IMG/VR virus record: IMGVR_UViG_2834277561_000001
Coordinates: 122,688-186,687 of that record
Origin: a virus
Lineage: Duplodnaviria > Heunggongvirae > Uroviricota > Caudoviricetes
Reading direction: 5' to 3' (one strand)
Length of the DNA stretch: 64,000 bases
Each line of letters begins with the position of its first letter. The stretch's first letter is position 1. The notes under the pieces were generated by a model. The model had not been told where the DNA came from and did not search any database. It saw nothing but the letters and a program-made list of their open reading frames with translations. Shown one piece after another: positions 19,652 to 28,785 of the stretch. Position numbers and translations under genes: made by a program.

Positions 19652-20026
19652 ATGAAAAGACAAATTAGACGCGGAGTTTACGAAACTAATTCATCAAGTA
19701 CACATTCGCTCGTAATGTGTAGTGGAGAAGAATATAATAAATGGCGTTCTGGAAAATTATTATTTTGGGTAGGCAAAAATAAATTTGGAACAAAAGAGGA
19801 TATTATTGAAGAATTAAAAGAACTTACTCGTTGGGATAATTCTTTAAAGTATCCAGATGTCAATTGGGATGATGATTCAGTAGTTGCTGATATTTTTGAT
19901 AGTGAAAAAATTCAAACCAGTGACGAATTTTTTGACGATGAATATTTAGAAACGTTTGAAAAAGAATATACTACTCCGGATGGAGAAAAGGTTATTTCAT
20001 TTGGAAAATATGGATATGACGGTTGA
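19652..20026 (+). CDS. hypothetical protein, MKRQIRRGV family, copy 3
   Basis: AGGAGAAT ribosome-binding site; MKRQIRRGVYETNSSSTHS. Confidence 0.6.
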   Translation: MKRQIRRGVYETNSSSTHSLVMCSGEEYNKWRSGKLLFWVGKNKFGTKEDIIEELKELTRWDNSLKYPDVNWDDDSVVADIFDSEKIQTSDEFFDDEYLETFEKEYTTPDGEKVISFGKYGYDG

Positions 20027-20041
20027 TTTCGGAGGGTCTTA

Positions 20042-20962
20042 TTGAAACTACAAATACAGTATTCGCCGTCGTTTTATAGTTGTATATCATTTGCATCGAA
20101 GAAAACAATAGATTTGTGTAATAAATTTATTTATAAAAATAGTGGAATTTACACAATAACAAATAAGATAAACGGACATAGATATATAGGTCAATCCAAA
20201 AATATATATCAAAGAATTAACTCGCATAAAAATCTTTTGAGAAATCATAGACATATATATAAAAACGGACAACCATCTTTGTTACAAAAAGCATGGGATA
20301 AATATGGTGAGGAAAATTTTGAATTTAAAGTTTTACAATTTTGCTCAGTAACTGAATTGAACAAAAATGAGCAATATTGGATAGATTTATATAATACGAA
20401 TAGAGCAAATGGTGGAATGGGATATAATTTGAACAACGGTGGTGCGGGCAGGAAACATAATTATTCTACTGTAAATGGTAAAATTGTTGTTAATAACGGT
20501 TCTATTCAAAAATTTATATATCCGAATGAATTAACAAAATATGAAGAGAATGGATATGTGCATGGAATTTTAGAAAAAAACAAACAAAAAATGATAAATA
20601 ATAGAGAAATATTATATGGTGAAAATCATCCCGCGTGGAATAAACCGTGGACGCAAGAACACAGGGATCGTATCATGGAGGGCGTTAAAAAGGCGCAAAA
20701 AGAAGGAAAATATAATTGGAAAAGAAAGAAACAATCAGAAGAAACAAAGAAAAAGAGGATTGACACATTAAAAAGTAAACCAGTTAATAAAAATTCATTA
20801 AAAGCACTTGAAAAGATTGCAAAAAATAAAAGAAAGAGTGTGGTTCAATTAGATATGGATTTAAATTATATTGCAACTTATAGTGGCGTTAATAAAGCGT
20901 CAGAAATAACTGGTGCCTCTGCTTCTGGAATATGTCAATGTTGTAAAGGAGCATTCCTGTAA
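20042..20962 (+). CDS. GIY-YIG homing endonuclease, I-TevI-like
   Basis: SGIYTITNKINGHRYIGQS...NFEFKV...NEQYWIDLYN; basic C-terminal DNA-binding region; GGAGGG followed by a TTG start. Confidence 0.75.
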   Translation: MKLQIQYSPSFYSCISFASKKTIDLCNKFIYKNSGIYTITNKINGHRYIGQSKNIYQRINSHKNLLRNHRHIYKNGQPSLLQKAWDKYGEENFEFKVLQFCSVTELNKNEQYWIDLYNTNRANGGMGYNLNNGGAGRKHNYSTVNGKIVVNNGSIQKFIYPNELTKYEENGYVHGILEKNKQKMINNREILYGENHPAWNKPWTQEHRDRIMEGVKKAQKEGKYNWKRKKQSEETKKKRIDTLKSKPVNKNSLKALEKIAKNKRKSVVQLDMDLNYIATYSGVNKASEITGASASGICQCCKGAFL

Positions 20963-21061
20963 TTCATTAAAAGCGCCAATTGAATAAAAAAGAACCTCAA
21001 GGTATGATTGAGTTGCATCTTGGCGGATGTAAACAAAACAATCAAGCACTGGAGGTTCCAA

Positions 21062-22351
21062 ATGAATTATACACAGAATGAAAAGATTGAGCAAGTAACA
21101 GATTCAACAATGGTTGTCGGAGTTGATATCGGAAGCCAGATACATTATGCAAGAGCTTTTGATAACAGAGGACGCGAACTTACAAAACGTATTTTTTCTT
21201 TTCATAACGATCTGGAAGGGTTCAATTCTTTCAACCTTTGGGCAGAGACACTTAAGACTGAGAATAAAAAGACTGCAGTTCTGATCGGCTGCGAGCCAAC
21301 AGGTCATTACTGGTTTGCGTTTGCGAAGTATGTAAATGATCATCAGAAAAGATTAGTAATGGTCAATCCATTCTCGGTTAAGAAGATCAAGGAACTTGAT
21401 GATAACAGTCCAAAGAAAACAGATTCAAAAGATCCAAAAACAATCGCAAAACTAGTTGTGGATGGGAGATATTCAATCCCATACATGCCAGAAGGCATTT
21501 ATGCCGAAATAAGAGACCTGGTATACAGCCGTGACAGGATCATGAAGCAGCACAACATATCTGCAAACAGGATCCAGAGATGGCTTGCAATACATTTCCC
21601 GGAATATCTGGGATTATACACACGATTTGATGCAATAAGCGGCCTGGCAGTGCTTGAAAAAGCACCATTGCCAAAAGATGTGATCGCGCTTGGAGTAAAT
21701 GGGATCCGAAAGATCTGGCATGATAAAAAGATGCGTGGCAGAGGAGTTACTGAAGATAGGGCAAAGACCCTGGTTGAAGCTGCGCACAACAGTGTTGGAC
21801 TTGACGGAGGGATTGGAACAAAAAGTGAATTATATATGCTGCTTGAAGAGCATCGCTTATGGACTTCGCAGTTAGAAGCCGTCAATAAAGTACTTGAGGA
21901 AATGATCCTAAAAGTACCACATGTGGAGAAGTTACTCGCCATTAAAGGAGTAGGGAGCATCACAATAGCAGGATTCATAGCTGAGGTAGGTGATATCAGA
22001 CGCTTTGATTCACCGAAACAGATCCAGAAGTATGCAGGACTGGAACTGGTAGAAAACAGTTCAGGAAAGCATAAAGGAAGGACGAGGATCAGCAAACGCG
22101 GGAGAAGGAAACTCAGAAAGATCCTGTATCAGGTAATGGTACCGCTGCTTGCAAGAAACAAGGAGTTCCGTGGAATCTATGATTACTATGTAACCCGTGT
22201 AAAGAATCCGCTGAAACGAAGGCAGGCAATGGTTGCCGTCAGCTGTAAGTTGATCCGAGTGTTTTATGCGGTATTAACGAAAGGTGTGGAGTATGACAGA
22301 TTTAAAATGATGTCAGATATCCACCGAAAAAGCGACATAATAGCTGCCTGA
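21062..22351 (+). CDS. IS110-family transposase
   Basis: N-terminal VVGVDIGSQIHYA (DEDD/RuvC-like) and C-terminal Transposase_20-like region AIKGVGSITIAGFIAEVGDIRRFDSPKQIQKYAGL; GGAGG ribosome-binding site. Confidence 0.85.
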   Translation: MNYTQNEKIEQVTDSTMVVGVDIGSQIHYARAFDNRGRELTKRIFSFHNDLEGFNSFNLWAETLKTENKKTAVLIGCEPTGHYWFAFAKYVNDHQKRLVMVNPFSVKKIKELDDNSPKKTDSKDPKTIAKLVVDGRYSIPYMPEGIYAEIRDLVYSRDRIMKQHNISANRIQRWLAIHFPEYLGLYTRFDAISGLAVLEKAPLPKDVIALGVNGIRKIWHDKKMRGRGVTEDRAKTLVEAAHNSVGLDGGIGTKSELYMLLEEHRLWTSQLEAVNKVLEEMILKVPHVEKLLAIKGVGSITIAGFIAEVGDIRRFDSPKQIQKYAGLELVENSSGKHKGRTRISKRGRRKLRKILYQVMVPLLARNKEFRGIYDYYVTRVKNPLKRRQAMVAVSCKLIRVFYAVLTKGVEYDRFKMMSDIHRKSDIIAA

Positions 22352-22700
22352 GCAAAAAGTACTGTAAACAGGAAAGCGTCCGCCATCAATGGTGCTGTGA
22401 AACAGGAATGCAAAATATATAAGACAAAGTAGAGCCAGTAGCTGCATTGACATTTTCTATAGGGCAACGACCCTGCTAAAGGAGCATGAGCAGCACCCAA
22501 CTATGGATAAGCAGAACGAAGGAATTTAGGACCCGTCAGAGGATGGTGATCCTGGTAGACATGAGAGGTTAGTTACTGTAGGTGGATTTGGGAAACAGGA
22601 AGGCCTTCATAAGAAGAAACAAAGACGTTTTATTTCTTGTACCTAAAATCATCAGAAATGGACTCCATGAAGTCACTTCATATCCAGAAAACTCTATTTT
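22352..22700 (+). ncRNA. structured 3' non-coding end of the IS110 element, candidate bridge/guide RNA
   Basis: About 350 nt with no ORF, GC-rich, and containing multiple local inverted repeats. Confidence 0.25.
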
Positions 22701-22794
22701 GTAGATATATGTAACTTATTAACTGTTCAGCAAAGTCAGTAAAATCAAGGATTTTTGTTGAACATGCACTAAAAAGAATAGAGAGAGAGAATAT

Positions 22795-23721
22795 ATGCAA
22801 AAGGTTATAAATGGGTGTATGAAGACGAATATAAAGAGTTACAAAAACGGTAATTTTCGTACATTTATTGATTTAAATGATGGAACAAAAATTAGAGAAA
22901 CAGATGAAGATGAATTTATTGCAGACTTTGCAGAATCGATGGATGTAAAAATATGTAACTACTGTGATATTGGCTGCCCCATGTGCCACGAGGGAAGTAC
23001 AACAAAGGGCAAATTTGGAGACATTTTAAATGAGAAATTTATTCAAACACTTCATCCGTATCAAGAAATCGCGATAGGTGGAGGGGATGCCACAAGTCAT
23101 CCAGATTTAATTCCATTTTTATATGAACTTAGAGAAAAGCGAGTAATTGCAAACCTGACCGTGAATCAGATACATTTTGAAAAGAAACAGGATTTAATCA
23201 AAAAACTTGTTGATAATCACCTAATCTATGGTCTTGGCATTTCGCTAGTAAATCCTACTGAAAAATTTATTGAACTTGTAAAACAGTATCCGAATGCAGT
23301 TATTCACGTCATCAATGGTGTATTAAAGCCGGAAGATGTAAAAGCTTTGGAGAATAATAATTTGAAGATATTGATTCTTGGATACAAACATTTACGTCGA
23401 GGAAATGAGTATTTCGACGCAGCGCATGAAAAAATTGAGAAGAATCAAAAATGGCTATACGATAATCTTGAAGGAATGCTTGATAAATTCAAAGTGGTAA
23501 GTTTCGACAATCTGGCAATTGAGCAGCTTAACGTAAAGAGATTACTTAGCCAGGAAGAATGGGACGAATTTTATATGGGCAATGATGGTCAAAGTACATA
23601 CTATATTGACATGGTAGAGCGAAAATTTGCAAGAAGTTCAACAGCTCATATGAATAAAAGATATGATTTACTTGATTCTGTCGATGATATGTTCAATGTG
23701 ATTAGAATGGAGAATGATTAA
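22795..23721 (+). CDS. radical SAM domain protein
   Basis: CDIGCPMC (CxxxCxxC) and IGGGDATSHPDL glycine-rich SAM-binding motif. Confidence 0.7.
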   Translation: MQKVINGCMKTNIKSYKNGNFRTFIDLNDGTKIRETDEDEFIADFAESMDVKICNYCDIGCPMCHEGSTTKGKFGDILNEKFIQTLHPYQEIAIGGGDATSHPDLIPFLYELREKRVIANLTVNQIHFEKKQDLIKKLVDNHLIYGLGISLVNPTEKFIELVKQYPNAVIHVINGVLKPEDVKALENNNLKILILGYKHLRRGNEYFDAAHEKIEKNQKWLYDNLEGMLDKFKVVSFDNLAIEQLNVKRLLSQEEWDEFYMGNDGQSTYYIDMVERKFARSSTAHMNKRYDLLDSVDDMFNVIRMEND

Positions 23722-23988
23722 ATGGAATGGAGTAATAGAAAATATTTTCTTGTTAATTGCGGTGGGTGGTTGCATAATCTCTGGGTTTCTGAATTAAAAG
23801 GAATTAAATCTGTAAAAATTCACAATCCATATTCATGGAATATAAATCATAAAGGACATGAAAATTATATGGTAGGTGTAAATTCTTCTAAGGTAAATTC
23901 CGTTATAACAATTTTCAATAATGCAAAGAAAGTAACCAATGGTAGATATTTATATAAAGAAATCACAAAAGAAATTGCAGGACAATAG
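23722..23988 (+). CDS. hypothetical protein
   Basis: ORF of 88 aa. Confidence 0.5.
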   Translation: MEWSNRKYFLVNCGGWLHNLWVSELKGIKSVKIHNPYSWNINHKGHENYMVGVNSSKVNSVITIFNNAKKVTNGRYLYKEITKEIAGQ

Positions 23989-24000
23989 TGGAGGTAAAAC

Positions 24001-24246
24001 ATGAAAGTGCTTAAAGATGAAATGCCAGATATTAATTGGAGGCAAACTTTTACAATTGAATTTTCGTTAAAGGAATTATTGATTTTATATGATGCGTTTT
24101 CAATGGTTTCGTTTGATTCACAAATAAGTGAATATAAAAACAAAGCAAATATTCCATACTCTATAAAAGAAAATGATAGTTTTTATAAGGATTTTGCGGA
24201 TTTAGTAGAGAATAAAATAGATATAGAAAAATTACATAGAGAATGA
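24001..24246 (+). CDS. hypothetical protein
   Basis: ORF of 81 aa with GGAGG ribosome-binding site. Confidence 0.5.
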   Translation: MKVLKDEMPDINWRQTFTIEFSLKELLILYDAFSMVSFDSQISEYKNKANIPYSIKENDSFYKDFADLVENKIDIEKLHRE

Positions 24247-24282
24247 AACGTTGCTTTCATATAAAAAAATTGAGGTGAAATT

Positions 24283-24753
24283 ATGATTTACAAATTAACA
24301 TTAGGTGATTGGTCAAAGGATGGGCATGAACAATATCGAGAATTCTTATTTGACTGTAACTATGGTGTTCATAAGATCCGTCAGGCATATAAAGATAGTT
24401 GCAAAAAATTAGGGATTTCATTTAATCATAACTCCGATTATACAGAATTAGGACTTCGTTTCAGAGATGAACGTCAGATATGGACTGAATATGAGGATGA
24501 GAACATAAGTGAATTTGCCTTTAATGTTTTAAAAACAGAAGGATGTCTTGATAATATTGATTATCATGAAGAAGATGGTGAATATTTTATTGAAGGATAT
24601 TCTGAATGTGCAATACTCATTATGAATTTTATTGCATTATCCATGCCTAACGATTTCGAGTATAAACTGGTAGAAAAAGAAGACTACGAGCCTATTAATG
24701 GATGGTGGAATGATGAATTGAACGAGCAATTTGGATATGGATTGTTTTATTAA
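24283..24753 (+). CDS. hypothetical protein
   Basis: ORF of 156 aa with GAGGTG ribosome-binding site. Confidence 0.55.
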   Translation: MIYKLTLGDWSKDGHEQYREFLFDCNYGVHKIRQAYKDSCKKLGISFNHNSDYTELGLRFRDERQIWTEYEDENISEFAFNVLKTEGCLDNIDYHEEDGEYFIEGYSECAILIMNFIALSMPNDFEYKLVEKEDYEPINGWWNDELNEQFGYGLFY

Positions 24754-24765
24754 AAGGATTGTTTT

Positions 24766-25089
24766 ATGAATTTTTATAGAGAACTAACTTCTGACGAACA
24801 GGTGGTATATAAATCACTTTTTCGTGGAGATAAAAGTAACTATGTTCCAGAAGAAATTAATGGAAAATCTGCTAATAGCTGCGACTATCATGCCATGACT
24901 CATGCTCATACAGAAATATTAGGTGTTTTCTGCGACAATACTGCAACATCAGATCAGGAATTAAGAGAAATACTTACTATAGGACTTTCTGAATGGCGAA
25001 AAAGATGCCTAAATGCTGACTGTATATCTTGTGCGTGGTACAGACAACAAGAAAACCCATGTGAAATTTGTAATGATTGCTATGACTGA
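24766..25089 (+). CDS. hypothetical Cys-rich protein
   Basis: ORF of 107 aa. Confidence 0.5.
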   Translation: MNFYRELTSDEQVVYKSLFRGDKSNYVPEEINGKSANSCDYHAMTHAHTEILGVFCDNTATSDQELREILTIGLSEWRKRCLNADCISCAWYRQQENPCEICNDCYD

Positions 25090-25093
25090 TTTG

Positions 25094-25393
25094 ATGGAGA
25101 ATAAAATGTGTGTATGTAAAAATGGATATGAATTACAAAAAGATTTGAAACCACCACAGCGTTGTCATTCTGATGAACAATGCTATATTGATTCATGTAA
25201 AGAATGTAGTGCTTACGATCACAGATATGACATTATTGATCAAGCAATTGAATCTGCGAAATGCAGAATTTACAGATTAAAAGCTAATCGAGGTGAAAGT
25301 TTTGCTCATCAGAAAAAAGCAGAAAATCAAATTCAGCTTATGAATGTAACAATTGATGCACTTAAGTATTATAAAGAGAATCTATATATGTAG
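25094..25393 (+). CDS. hypothetical Cys-rich protein
   Basis: ORF with ATG start just after the upstream stop. Confidence 0.45.
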   Translation: MENKMCVCKNGYELQKDLKPPQRCHSDEQCYIDSCKECSAYDHRYDIIDQAIESAKCRIYRLKANRGESFAHQKKAENQIQLMNVTIDALKYYKENLYM

Positions 25394-25415
25394 AACAAAA
25401 CAGGAGGAAGATAAA

Positions 25416-26018
25416 ATGATGAATAATTTTTTAAATGGAATGTTTGGCAAAATCGGCAATGGAATGTGTAAATTATCTATGAGTGGCAATATTGCCGTCA
25501 AAACATCTAATGGATACAAAAGCTACAATGTAAAGACTGGAAAACTCACAAATTGTGGCAACTTCGTATTTCCTGGTGTTGATGAGAATTTTTTCTTTGT
25601 GATTCCGACAAATAATGTTACAAAAGGAGATATTATTCTTGTAAGTGGGAAACCAAGATGTGTCATTGAAACAGAAAAAAATCGAATTACAGTTATTAAC
25701 TACGAGGATTCCACCATTGAAACAATCTTGCCTGAACGCCACATGTTTATGGGAAATACATATTTCTATGGAAAAATCGTTTCCATGTTCGGGAGTAATT
25801 TAAAAGGTAAGAACGGTGCGAATAAAATCTTCAAGTATATGATGATGTCTCAGATGATGGGTGGAAATAATACTTCCGGATTATCAACTGAAAGTAACGG
25901 CATGAATTCCATGCTTCCATTTATGATGATGGGCGGCAATATGGGTGATATGTTTGATGGAATGTTTGACTTTGACGAAATTGAAAATACAGATGAAGTA
26001 GACGAGGAGGAAGAATAA
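25416..26018 (+). CDS. hypothetical Gly/Met-rich protein with acidic tail
   Basis: AGGAGGAAG ribosome-binding site; C-terminal MMGGN...DEVDEEEE. Confidence 0.55.
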   Translation: MMNNFLNGMFGKIGNGMCKLSMSGNIAVKTSNGYKSYNVKTGKLTNCGNFVFPGVDENFFFVIPTNNVTKGDIILVSGKPRCVIETEKNRITVINYEDSTIETILPERHMFMGNTYFYGKIVSMFGSNLKGKNGANKIFKYMMMSQMMGGNNTSGLSTESNGMNSMLPFMMMGGNMGDMFDGMFDFDEIENTDEVDEEEE

Positions 26019-26019
26019 T

Positions 26020-26901
26020 ATGGGATGCGGATCATGGACAAGTAAAAGTTTTACTAGCTATGCAAACAGCAGAGGAATGGATGTTTCCACAAGCGGGGCT
26101 ATTTTAGGAAATTACTCAAATCAGGAAATTTTCAAATCTCGAAGTATCAATCCTGCACTTTCACCTGTAAATATCATGAGAGAATGCTGTGACAACGATG
26201 AACATCCAAATACCGTCCCAGTGGTACTAGGCTTGGATGTGACTGGATCGATGGGTGATGCAGCAGTTGAAATTGCTAAGAAACTCAATGTAATTATGAC
26301 AAAACTGTATGAAAAAGTAACTGATGTCGAATTTATGATCATGGGTATTGGAGATTTGTCTTATGATGATTGTCCTATTCAGATTTCACAGTTTGAATCA
26401 GATATCAGAATTGCGGAGCAGCTGGATAAACTTTATTTTGAATTTGGTGGCGGCGGCAACGGATTTGAATCCTATACAGTAGCATGGTATATGGGATCTC
26501 GCCATACAAAACTTGATTGTCTGTCTCGTGGTAAAAAAGGAATAATCATCACAATTGGAGATGAACAACTTAATCCTTATCTCCCGTTAAGAGGTAGATA
26601 TTGTGGACTTGAAGATGCAACAGGTGATAAATTACAGGCAGACATTGAAACAAAAGATCTTTACGAAGAAACATCTAAAAAATTCAATATCTATCATCTG
26701 GATGTTCAGCATGGACGAAGATGGGATGAAGATGAAATTGAAACATCTTTTAAAAAATATCTCAAAGATGATCATTTCAGAAGAGTTTCTATGGACAGCA
26801 TCGCAAATGAAATTGTAGATATTGTAGTCAGCGAAGTAGAGAATAATAAAACAGAAGAACCAGTAGTTACATCTGGGAATTCTGAGGAAATTACATGGTA
26901 A
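26020..26901 (+). CDS. von Willebrand factor A (vWA) domain protein
   Basis: MIDAS motif LDVTGSMGD. Confidence 0.7.
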   Translation: MGCGSWTSKSFTSYANSRGMDVSTSGAILGNYSNQEIFKSRSINPALSPVNIMRECCDNDEHPNTVPVVLGLDVTGSMGDAAVEIAKKLNVIMTKLYEKVTDVEFMIMGIGDLSYDDCPIQISQFESDIRIAEQLDKLYFEFGGGGNGFESYTVAWYMGSRHTKLDCLSRGKKGIIITIGDEQLNPYLPLRGRYCGLEDATGDKLQADIETKDLYEETSKKFNIYHLDVQHGRRWDEDEIETSFKKYLKDDHFRRVSMDSIANEIVDIVVSEVENNKTEEPVVTSGNSEEITW

Positions 26902-26959
26902 GATAGGAGTTTTTAGAATAAGTAAATTTATAGATATAACGGGGTATAAGTATAACCAC

Positions 26960-27685
26960 TTGACTGTACTTAGAAGAGGGCCAGATTTAATTAAAAAGGA
27001 TGGGAAAAAACAGACTAGGTGGTACTGTTCCTGTGATTGTGGAAGTGATAAAGAAGTGTTGGTTCTTGGATACAATTTAAAAAATGGAAATACAACTTCT
27101 TGTGGATGTGAACATTTAAAAAATGCAATGAGAAGCGGAAAATTAACAGGAAGAATAAATGGCAAAAGGAATAAAAAATTTAATTCTTATGATTTGTCAA
27201 GAGAATATGGAGTAGGGTTTACGTCTAAAAATGAAGAATTTTACTTTGATTTAGAAGATTACGATAAGATTAAAAATTATTGTTGGCATATAAATAATGA
27301 TGGATATGTTGCTAATAAAACAGAAGAAGGATGCATTCTAATGCACAGATTAGTAATGGGATTGTCGAAAGGGGATCACCGGGAAGTAGATCATATATAT
27401 CATAAAACTAATGATAATAGAAAAGATCAATTAAGAATAGTTTGTTCTTCTGAAAATAAGATGAATCAAGGTATTCCTTCAAATAATACTAGTGGATATA
27501 GAGGTGTTTATTATGATAAGCAGTATGATAGATGGTCGGCAGAAATTGTAGCTTATAACCATAAATTTCGACTAGGGTATTTTACTAACAAATCCGACGC
27601 TGTTAAAGCAAGAAAACAAGCAGAGGAAAAATATTTTGGAGAATATAATTATCGAGGAGGTGATGCATCCTATGAAAAACCTTAA
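26960..27685 (+). CDS. HNH homing endonuclease with AP2 DNA-binding domain
   Basis: HNH block DHREVDHIYHKTNDNRKDQLRIVCSSENKMN; AP2 block SGYRGVYYDKQYDRWSAEI...RLGYF..KSDAVKARKQAEEKY; N-terminal LTVLRR; TTG start, with the true start possibly upstream and non-canonical. Confidence 0.8.
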   Translation: MTVLRRGPDLIKKDGKKQTRWYCSCDCGSDKEVLVLGYNLKNGNTTSCGCEHLKNAMRSGKLTGRINGKRNKKFNSYDLSREYGVGFTSKNEEFYFDLEDYDKIKNYCWHINNDGYVANKTEEGCILMHRLVMGLSKGDHREVDHIYHKTNDNRKDQLRIVCSSENKMNQGIPSNNTSGYRGVYYDKQYDRWSAEIVAYNHKFRLGYFTNKSDAVKARKQAEEKYFGEYNYRGGDASYEKP

Positions 27686-28785
27686 AGTTATCATAGGAGC
27701 CTGAGAATTTTGGGGATGAGGGAAAAGGAATGATGACAGATTTCTTTTCCCAGAAATCAAACAGCATTGTAGTGTGTTCAAACGGCGGAGCACAACGCGG
27801 ACATACCGTAGTAACTCCAGATGGAATCAGACATGTCTTTCATCATTTTGGTTCCGGAGCATTTAATGGAGCAAGCACGTATTTACCAGAAGATTTTATC
27901 TTAAATCCAGTTGTTTTCCGCCAGGAATTACACGAGCTTTACAGAGTAAAGCATCTTCCCGCAACATATATTCATAATGATTGTATGGTCACAACTCCAT
28001 GGGATATGATGGCAAATCAGATTGTTGAAGAAAGTCGTGGTAAGAATAAACATGGAAGTTGTGGCATGGGAATTTTTGAAACAATTACACGCTACAAGGC
28101 GGGAGTAGTTGATTTAGATTCTTCTATTCGCGATTATTATTTGGAACGGTTTTCGGAAGAAAATATACAGTTATCTGATTCATGGAAAACTCTTATTATG
28201 AATGATGATATATTCGATCATTTCTTAGATGATTTGGATTTTATGAACGAATATTGTTCTGTAATTTCTGATGACTATTTTCTAAATCTATTCGATAACA
28301 TTGTATTCGAGGCAGGACAGGGTTTACTACTTGATCAGAACAATCTTGAATATTTTCCAAATTTAACTCCTTCAAATACAGGCATTAAAAATCCTAAGAA
28401 AATTATTGAACGTGTTGAGTGGAATGATGAGATCGAGATAGAAACCTGTTATGTTACAAGAACATATATGACGAGACACGGTGCGGGCAAGTTTCCTACT
28501 GAATGTAATAAATCGGTAATTAATGGAAAAATGTTTGATAAAACAAATGTACCTAATATTCATCAGAATTCATTAAGATACGGAACATTAGATTACGAAG
28601 AATTATGTAGTAGATGTTCAAACGATGTTAAAGATTTTGGGGATAAAAAATCTATTGCTATCACACATTGCAATGAATTTCCATATGATTCAAATAAAAT
28701 CTCTGAAATATTTAAAGGATGGGATATTTACTATTCTAATGGAGAAATTCGGGACAGTATCAATAGAAAGTGTGATAGTTTATGA
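27672..28785 (+). CDS. adenylosuccinate synthetase homologue (PurA/PurZ-like), N-terminus requires a +1 frameshift at 27702
   Basis: Frame A reads MKNLKVIIGA then TGA; the +1 frame reads ENFGDEGKGMM..VVCSNGGAQRGHTV...FEAGQGLLLD...TRHGAGKFPTE, matching E. coli PurA MGNNVVVLGTQWGDEGKGK..GGHNAGHT..FEGAQGTLLD..TRVGAGPFPTE. Confidence 0.7.

Larger units (their letters stand above)
20975..22700 (+). mobile_element. IS110-family insertion sequence; boundaries approximate
   Basis: GC rises to about 45% against the phage background of about 32%; DEDD-type transposase followed by a long GC-rich non-coding tail, a layout recalled as typical of the IS1111 subgroup. Confidence 0.6.

Noticed and set aside
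27694-27704. Stop-codon reassignment (UGA read as sense) to explain the in-frame TGA in the purA-like N-terminus
   Set aside because: Read-through of TGA in frame A does not regenerate PurA-like sequence; a +1 shift is required. Many ordinary genes in the window terminate with TGA, TAA and TAG, so the standard code is in use.
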